This document shows, one piece after another, positions 58,263 to 64,000 of a DNA stretch of 64,000 nucleotides (position 1 is the first letter of the stretch; each line of letters starts with the position of its first letter). Below the pieces are notes generated by a model that had not been told where the DNA came from, did no database searches, and saw only the letters and a program-made list of their open reading frames with translations. A program made the position numbers and the translations under genes. The DNA is taken from positions 1 through 64,000 of the IMG/VR virus record IMGVR_UViG_3300025617_001484; one strand, 5' to 3'. This DNA comes from a virus.

Positions 58263-59150
58263 TTATGACCAAGACATATTTGAAGATCCTAGTACTACCC
58301 AAGATCCTTCTTGGCTTCCCGCACCTTTACCTATTCTTGGTTCCCATTGTAGTTGTATTGAAGACTGGTAAGGTCTATTTGCATCAACAGTAATACCAGT
58401 AGATGGATATTCACCAACACCACTCGCTGTGTTAAATCCTGTATAATTAGACCCTTGTACACCAGTTTTAATTGATCCTGCTGAATTCTCAGTATTAACT
58501 ATGGTAATCCTTAGTCCAGCAGGTAAATTTGCTGCAGTAGCTCCGTTTGTACCCACACTCATATAGAAGCCAGAGGAACATTGTGCATAGATAACGTCCT
58601 CGAGAGCAGTTATAACGTAAGGATTTCCTGATGAGGTTCCTCTACCGCCTCCTCCTGCTGCAGAGGAAGGAAAGGCAGTTCCTGCTGTTGCACCGCTTGC
58701 TCCAACTGAATTTTGAGAGGCAAAATTTCCTTGAGGTCCCAAGATCATCCTAGAATTAAGTGTTGTTTGTCCACTTAAAGTAGTTGTTCCTGAGAATATT
58801 GAGGTTCCACTCTGTGTAAGGGTACTCCCAGCCCCGAATGAAATAGTTCCACTACCTGTTAGGTTAGTGGTTGCAACTGACGAAAAAGATCCAGCACCAG
58901 AGGAATTAATCTGAGCTAGAGCTGTACCCCCACTCGGAACAGTGATTGAATCGAATTTTCCAGTTTTAGCTGATACCCTGCCCGTAGAAGCACCAGTTAG
59001 ATTAATGATTCCGTTTACTGTATCTAGACCAAATACTGTGTTGTAATTGTTAACCCAGTTCTCTAAAGTAAGAAAATTAGAGTTAATTGTTGTCCTCGAT
59101 GCAGAAATCGAATCAGATCCAAGAATGGAAGTAGTATTTACTGTAGCCAT
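58263..59150 (-). CDS. Short fibre or baseplate-attached protein
   Basis: GSDSISASRTTINSNF N-terminus; G/S/T-rich. Confidence 0.55.
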   Translation of the reverse strand: MATVNTTSILGSDSISASRTTINSNFLTLENWVNNYNTVFGLDTVNGIINLTGASTGRVSAKTGKFDSITVPSGGTALAQINSSGAGSFSSVATTNLTGSGTISFGAGSTLTQSGTSIFSGTTTLSGQTTLNSRMILGPQGNFASQNSVGASGATAGTAFPSSAAGGGGRGTSSGNPYVITALEDVIYAQCSSGFYMSVGTNGATAANLPAGLRITIVNTENSAGSIKTGVQGSNYTGFNTASGVGEYPSTGITVDANRPYQSSIQLQWEPRIGKGAGSQEGSWVVLGSSNMSWS

Positions 59151-59462
59151 TTGTTGTAATTATTTTGATTTCTTTAGTTTTGAATATATATCAAACCATT
59201 TTCAAACACATAAACATGTTCATAGAAGACAAGAATCTTATTCACTTATACACAAGACAACAAGAACCAGAAAGTAATATTTTACCAATAATAATGTGTA
59301 TGCGGGAGAGAGTGTGTAATTTCTCAAGAGTTATAGCCCATCTAGATAGACAAGATTTTAAAAAATTACATCAGAATGTCTGGGATAGAACCCAAGAATT
59401 AGCGAACCTGATTCGAAAAATACAGTTGAAATACCTTAAATTAAAAAAATAATTAAAAATCC

Positions 59463-60095
59463 GTGGATAAAAACAAATTTTCTATCACATTATCAAAGGA
59501 GCAAAAAAATGCAAAAGCTCAGATATTAATACATCCATTTAATTTTGTTACTGGGAAAGCAGGAAGTGGTAAAACACTTCTGGCAGTACAGATTGCACTA
59601 GACCAACTGTTCAAAAAACAATGTGAAAAAATAGTCATAACAAGACCAACAGTATCAAACGAGGATAATGGATTTCTACCGGGATCCCTGGAAGAAAAAA
59701 TGGAACCATGGTTAGTTCCGATTAGATCCAACATGAGAAAGGTGTACAACAAGGCAGACCACTTGGAAAGGTTGGAAAAAGATGAAACTATAGAATTGGT
59801 ATCTCTAACACACTTCCGCGGTAGAACATTTGACCGTTCCATTGTAATAGTGGATGAGTTTCAAAACCTAACCAAACAACAACTAGGTATGGTTTTGGGT
59901 AGGTTGGGTAAACACTCTACAATGATACTTTGTGGGGACGGACAACAAATAGATCTCAAGTTCGGTAATGATTCAGCAATCCATGAAGTACCTAAATTAA
60001 AGGACTCTAAATACGTTTACACAATTGCTCTGAAGGATAACCACCGACACGAAGCTATTGAAGAAGTACTAAGACTTCTCTACGCATTTAATTAA
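59463..60095 (+). CDS. phoH: PhoH family ATPase
   Basis: GKAGSGKT, ITRP, GFLPG, RGRTF, DEFQN and GDGQQIDL. Confidence 0.95.
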   Translation: MDKNKFSITLSKEQKNAKAQILIHPFNFVTGKAGSGKTLLAVQIALDQLFKKQCEKIVITRPTVSNEDNGFLPGSLEEKMEPWLVPIRSNMRKVYNKADHLERLEKDETIELVSLTHFRGRTFDRSIVIVDEFQNLTKQQLGMVLGRLGKHSTMILCGDGQQIDLKFGNDSAIHEVPKLKDSKYVYTIALKDNHRHEAIEEVLRLLYAFN

Positions 60096-63000
60096 AACTG
60101 ATCGTAAGTAGCATCTGGGTTATCTCTAATAATCAGAGAAGATCCGAAAGGTACCACATTCTGTAGCATAATATTCTTCTGGTCCTCCAGGAGATCTTTT
60201 GATAGATCCAGGTACTCTCCACCATTCTGATTGGCTGCTCTTCTAGGATATCCATAATCCGCTGAATTAACAAACTCCGGATTTGGATCATCTGGTAGGG
60301 GTATGGTTTGATCAACGACTTTTACAAATGCTGGTTTTGATATCTCATAAACATTACCATTACAATCCTCTACTATATTTTGTATCGAATAGTATCCAGA
60401 TTGTGAGAATGTGTATATAAAGAAAGGAACGTCCTTAATATCAAGAATAACATTTCCCGTAAGGGCATTTGTTAGCTTCCACCTATTAGAATTCTTTCCA
60501 AATATTTTGGACCCTTCATTACTTAAAAATACAGTGGAGAGAAGAGGAACAAATAGGTCTGAATTAGAATTATGCACATCAACCCAAGTCCAGGCACCAG
60601 ATCCTGCTCTAGAAATTATATTTCCCATATTCTTACCAATCCCCGGCTTATAACTTTCGAGCAAAGAAGCGAATGATCCTGTTGCAGAACTATATGGAAG
60701 TTGCGACGGTCCGCTAACTCCAGCACTAGAACCAGATACAAACACATCCAGCTGAGGTCTTACGTGCATTCTTAACTGGCTCTGGTCCCCAGTGTTTCCA
60801 GTACCAAATGTTGAGAATGTGTCTATACTTGTTCCCGACACGTTCCTCTTTATTATGTCATGGCCACTACCGGTTACCCCTGGCGTCTTCTGATAATAAA
60901 TAGCAGTGTATTGATCTCCACCAGCCAACGCATCACTCTGATCACTTATAGAAACCAACTGAGGACTTCCATAAGTTTCTGGTAATATTTCTGAATACGA
61001 AAGCATATTATAACTTCCACCTGGTTTAATAGAAACAGTCAAAAGATTGACACCACCCGAAGTTCCTATCCCAGTAAGCGAAGTAGATGCTGGGGAGGTG
61101 CTTGGAGAATCTGTATACAATAAATTTAGGTAATATTGGTCATCAGACTTGTATGAGCTAACAGTATCATACCATGTTGTGTAGGATGCTGCAGTTCCTC
61201 CAGAGTTTCTTACAAAAGCACCCGTTATAGGTGAGTGGTTAAAATCATTTAGAACGAAATAAGGGTAGGAATATCCTGGGTTTGGGTGTGTCATGGACAG
61301 TCCTCTTACATTCACATCTCTTGTGGATGTACCAGAAAGTACGTAGGTTAGTGAATTTTCAAGAGAAGTTATTACATCCAAACTGGAGGTTGATCCACCC
61401 GTAAGTCCTACTGTAAATCCGTTCCTCAAGGAAAGATTTGAATTTAAGTCAATAACACTTCCGCTCCTGTCGTACGCTCCACTGGAGGCCGAAGAAAATA
61501 TAAATTCCGAAGAATTTGGAAGATCACTCAAACCAAACCAATTATCCTTTAAAGTTGAAATACCACCTAAGTAATTAGAAGTGATTCTAACAGAATTTTG
61601 TGAGATTGAGAGGTCTAGTTTACTTATGTCAGTAGGTGGAGTAAGGGATGCGTTTATGATACCAGAGGGGTCGAAAGAACCGCTAGCTCCTGGAAAGTAC
61701 CTAAAATTCTTCAGGGCAAATTGGTTTTTAGCAATTTCACCGGCAGAAAAATCAATATCTCCGTAACTAACCTTATTTCCAAGATCAATCTCAATCTCAG
61801 CAACAAACATAGCTTCGGTGTCACCAAGTATAGATGTCTGAGGCAAGAAGATGCCACTGGTAGCTCCCGTTGGTCCATTTAATATCCATTGATAATCACT
61901 AGATCCAGTTAGACCTGGAGCACCTATATTAGAGAACCCGACAGGACCTCCGGTGGGTCCAGTAATTCCGGTTACGGTCATAGAGCTTGCTCCTGGATAT
62001 TTACTAGAATAAACAAATTCCCCCGCCTCTATGTACTTCCTAAATGTTCCGATAACATAAATTGAAGAGTTGTCTAAAGAGGGTACTGCTTTATGTACTC
62101 TAGTAGAAAAACCCCTAAATGGTATAACGGTTTTTATCTGCCCACCATCGCTGTAAAGGGCAACGAAACCTAGATCTGCTGTTCCTCCAGCAGATTCAGT
62201 TGGATTTGGGTTACTTATTGTATAATTAGGGGTTAGATTATTTCTTTCACCGAAGTCTATAGAAGATTGCTCGGAATAACCGGTAACCACATTATACTCT
62301 TTGTATTTATTTACTGAGGTTACATTGAATGGAGTGGTATCTGTTAACCACTCGGAATCTGGTATAAGTTTATTTAATTCGGATTCCGAGAATGGTACTA
62401 CTTCACCGTCGTTCCAATATGGCTGTCGACCTGCAGATCCATCGGCAACATCCTTAAAATTAGTTTCCAGAAATAAATTCCTTGGGTCTAAACCTGGATG
62501 TAAATTTTTCAAGTATTCGTTGTCATATCCTCTCCAGGTTGGGTATTTCCACGTGTACTTGTCTGCTTTCGGTAATCTAGCAGTATCTGTTGTTCCACCT
62601 TCTGTAGTGTGGGTATAATAAACAAAGTTCCATCCAGTAGTTCCAGTATACTTGGAGGTGCCATAAATATGTGGTAAAGAATAGTCGAAGAGACAAATGT
62701 TATTACCAGCAATAATCCAAAGATCATCTTCGTAGATTGTTGTTGTTCCTGCTAAAGACTTTTCTTCAACCTTCATTAACTGAATTACCCTGTCATCTGG
62801 TAAATTGGTATTAGAGGAAGTTAGATGAGTAAACGTATCACCATTAAAGTGATAGAATCCATCAGAGGTTGAAGGTTGATCGAACGGATTACCTATCCTA
62901 AAGAATACATGTCCATTTTTTCTTGCAACTACTTTTGTTACCCCGTCTGCACCTCCAACGTTCCAGTTATAAAACTTCTTACCATCCCAATATGTAATAC

Positions 63001-63748
63001 CATTTTCAGTACCAGCCCAATAGTTTCCATTCTCGTCAAAAGAAACAGAGTAAACCGTGTTACCGCCAATACCAGAGGTCAGAGAATTATACTTGCTCAT
63101 CTGTTTAATAACAAGATCTCCATTATCTAGGGTAATTGGATCTAAGTTTCCTTGTGGGATAGTTTGTAATCCATCATTGGTACTTAGATAATATTCAAAA
63201 TAGCTACCTCCTTCACCTTTAGCTGTTATTTCATATATGTGAGGCCAGGTATATCCAGGGCTTACTTCGCTCCATTGCTCAGAAGATTTATCATACCTCC
63301 AAAGATATCCACCTGTCACTCCAGTGTTCCCGGTTCCGCCGGTTCCAGAACCTCCATTCAGAGGCGAAATAAAAGCAAGAACCTCTTCAGTATAGGGACT
63401 TGCATAAATGGTTGGTACCTCCCAATTAGGAGACTGTGAAGCATAACTTCCAAATTGGCTTAAATTCCAGCTTTCTCCAGTTGCTGCTTGACTACCCTTA
63501 GCAGCAAAAACAAGATCTTGCGAAAGAGAAGCTGTTACTGCACACCCAACCCATTTAGTATTTTCGTTATCAATTGATATAGATCTAGTATCTAAAAAGT
63601 AAGGTGAATTACTAGGAACAACTGAATTTTGGTAGTTATAATATGACCAATTTTCGCCATCGTATTTAGTAAGGTCTCTTCCCACAGCCCAAACGTCCCC
63701 GTAAGAATCTAATGCTGCAGTATTAATATAGAAAAAAGTAGTTGGCAT
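60092..63748 (-). CDS. Large beta-propeller-rich virion protein
   Basis: Repeats of the type 'SVSFDENGNYWAGTENGITYWDG' and 'SSNTNLPDDRV', resembling two-component-regulator propeller repeats; PKD-like C-terminal segment. Confidence 0.6.
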   Translation of the reverse strand: MPTTFFYINTAALDSYGDVWAVGRDLTKYDGENWSYYNYQNSVVPSNSPYFLDTRSISIDNENTKWVGCAVTASLSQDLVFAAKGSQAATGESWNLSQFGSYASQSPNWEVPTIYASPYTEEVLAFISPLNGGSGTGGTGNTGVTGGYLWRYDKSSEQWSEVSPGYTWPHIYEITAKGEGGSYFEYYLSTNDGLQTIPQGNLDPITLDNGDLVIKQMSKYNSLTSGIGGNTVYSVSFDENGNYWAGTENGITYWDGKKFYNWNVGGADGVTKVVARKNGHVFFRIGNPFDQPSTSDGFYHFNGDTFTHLTSSNTNLPDDRVIQLMKVEEKSLAGTTTIYEDDLWIIAGNNICLFDYSLPHIYGTSKYTGTTGWNFVYYTHTTEGGTTDTARLPKADKYTWKYPTWRGYDNEYLKNLHPGLDPRNLFLETNFKDVADGSAGRQPYWNDGEVVPFSESELNKLIPDSEWLTDTTPFNVTSVNKYKEYNVVTGYSEQSSIDFGERNNLTPNYTISNPNPTESAGGTADLGFVALYSDGGQIKTVIPFRGFSTRVHKAVPSLDNSSIYVIGTFRKYIEAGEFVYSSKYPGASSMTVTGITGPTGGPVGFSNIGAPGLTGSSDYQWILNGPTGATSGIFLPQTSILGDTEAMFVAEIEIDLGNKVSYGDIDFSAGEIAKNQFALKNFRYFPGASGSFDPSGIINASLTPPTDISKLDLSISQNSVRITSNYLGGISTLKDNWFGLSDLPNSSEFIFSSASSGAYDRSGSVIDLNSNLSLRNGFTVGLTGGSTSSLDVITSLENSLTYVLSGTSTRDVNVRGLSMTHPNPGYSYPYFVLNDFNHSPITGAFVRNSGGTAASYTTWYDTVSSYKSDDQYYLNLLYTDSPSTSPASTSLTGIGTSGGVNLLTVSIKPGGSYNMLSYSEILPETYGSPQLVSISDQSDALAGGDQYTAIYYQKTPGVTGSGHDIIKRNVSGTSIDTFSTFGTGNTGDQSQLRMHVRPQLDVFVSGSSAGVSGPSQLPYSSATGSFASLLESYKPGIGKNMGNIISRAGSGAWTWVDVHNSNSDLFVPLLSTVFLSNEGSKIFGKNSNRWKLTNALTGNVILDIKDVPFFIYTFSQSGYYSIQNIVEDCNGNVYEISKPAFVKVVDQTIPLPDDPNPEFVNSADYGYPRRAANQNGGEYLDLSKDLLEDQKNIMLQNVVPFGSSLIIRDNPDATYDQF

Positions 63749-63766
63749 TGGTTTTATTTATCAATT

Positions 63767-64000
63767 TTAAAATATAGATCCACCATATTGTATATGTTTA
63801 CCCAGACTTATATAATCCTTAGCCCCTAGATTTAAAATAGGCGGAATCCCAGAGCAGGAAGGAACTGTAGATCCAGTGTAAGAGTATGCAAAAGGGAATA
63901 GGGAAAGCCCATAAGTAGCATTGAGGGTAGAAGAATTATCTTTTATCTGAACTTCCTCTATGGCAATGTCCTTTATCTCCATTTTTAGGCCGTAATAACT
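63767..64000 (-). CDS. C-terminal end of a larger protein entering from the right edge
   Basis: The reading frame stays open upstream of the annotated Met (SYYGLKMEIKD...) to the window edge. Confidence 0.6.
   Translation of the reverse strand, partial: SYYGLKMEIKDIAIEEVQIKDNSSTLNATYGLSLFPFAYSYTGSTVPSCSGIPPILNLGAKDYISLGKHIQYGGSIF

Noticed and set aside
59165-59452. Plus-strand 95 aa ORF upstream of phoH
   Set aside because: No recognisable motif, a non-ATG annotated start, and overlap with the promoter-like motif of the divergent gene. Not supported enough to list as a CDS.
1081-63439. Numerous short plus-strand ORFs and nested minus-strand ORFs in the track
   Set aside because: They lie within long, motif-bearing genes on the opposite strand or frame and have shadow-like composition (rich in S/F/L/I).
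1-64000. Alternative genetic code (stop-codon reassignment)
   Set aside because: Genes are full length and densely packed under the standard code, with TAA, TAG and TGA all used as stops at sensible ends.
1-64000. CRISPR array, tRNA or rRNA genes, transposases, integrase
   Set aside because: I saw no regularly spaced direct repeats, cloverleaf-like sequences or mobile-element ORFs by eye, and intergenic space is minimal. A tRNAscan/Infernal run would be needed to exclude small RNAs.

Overview
Fragment of a large, AT-rich, T4-like (myovirus/jumbo-type) dsDNA phage genome in the standard code. Nearly all genes are on the minus strand. The host is probably Bacteroidota, judged from Hc1-like, DUF2452-like and DUF4494-like genes, the nrdB-nrdA order and A-rich leaders lacking Shine-Dalgarno sites. 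About 1-39 kb is replication, repair and nucleotide metabolism with accessory genes: a split family B DNA polymerase, sliding clamp, two topoisomerase II subunits, primase, SSB, UvsW/UvsY, RuvC-like resolvase, NrdAB, gp56-like dCTPase/dUTPase, Adk, UvsE, MBD4-like glycosylase, DnaJ and Hsp20. About 39.5-64 kb is tail/baseplate/fibre genes plus PhoH. Highlights: (1) a form IV RuBisCO-like protein inside a five-gene sugar-nucleotide operon, which together with a GT2-TPR glycosyltransferase, a carbamoyltransferase and scattered G-x-T-G motifs in virion proteins suggests a phage glycosylation system; (2) a T4 capsid-targeting-like peptide on many proteins, including Adk and a nucleotidyltransferase/ligase-like/HIGH-domain module; (3) DNA polymerase halves encoded about 19.6 kb apart; (4) two recurring promoter-like motifs. 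All family assignments come from reading motifs by eye; no database search was run.
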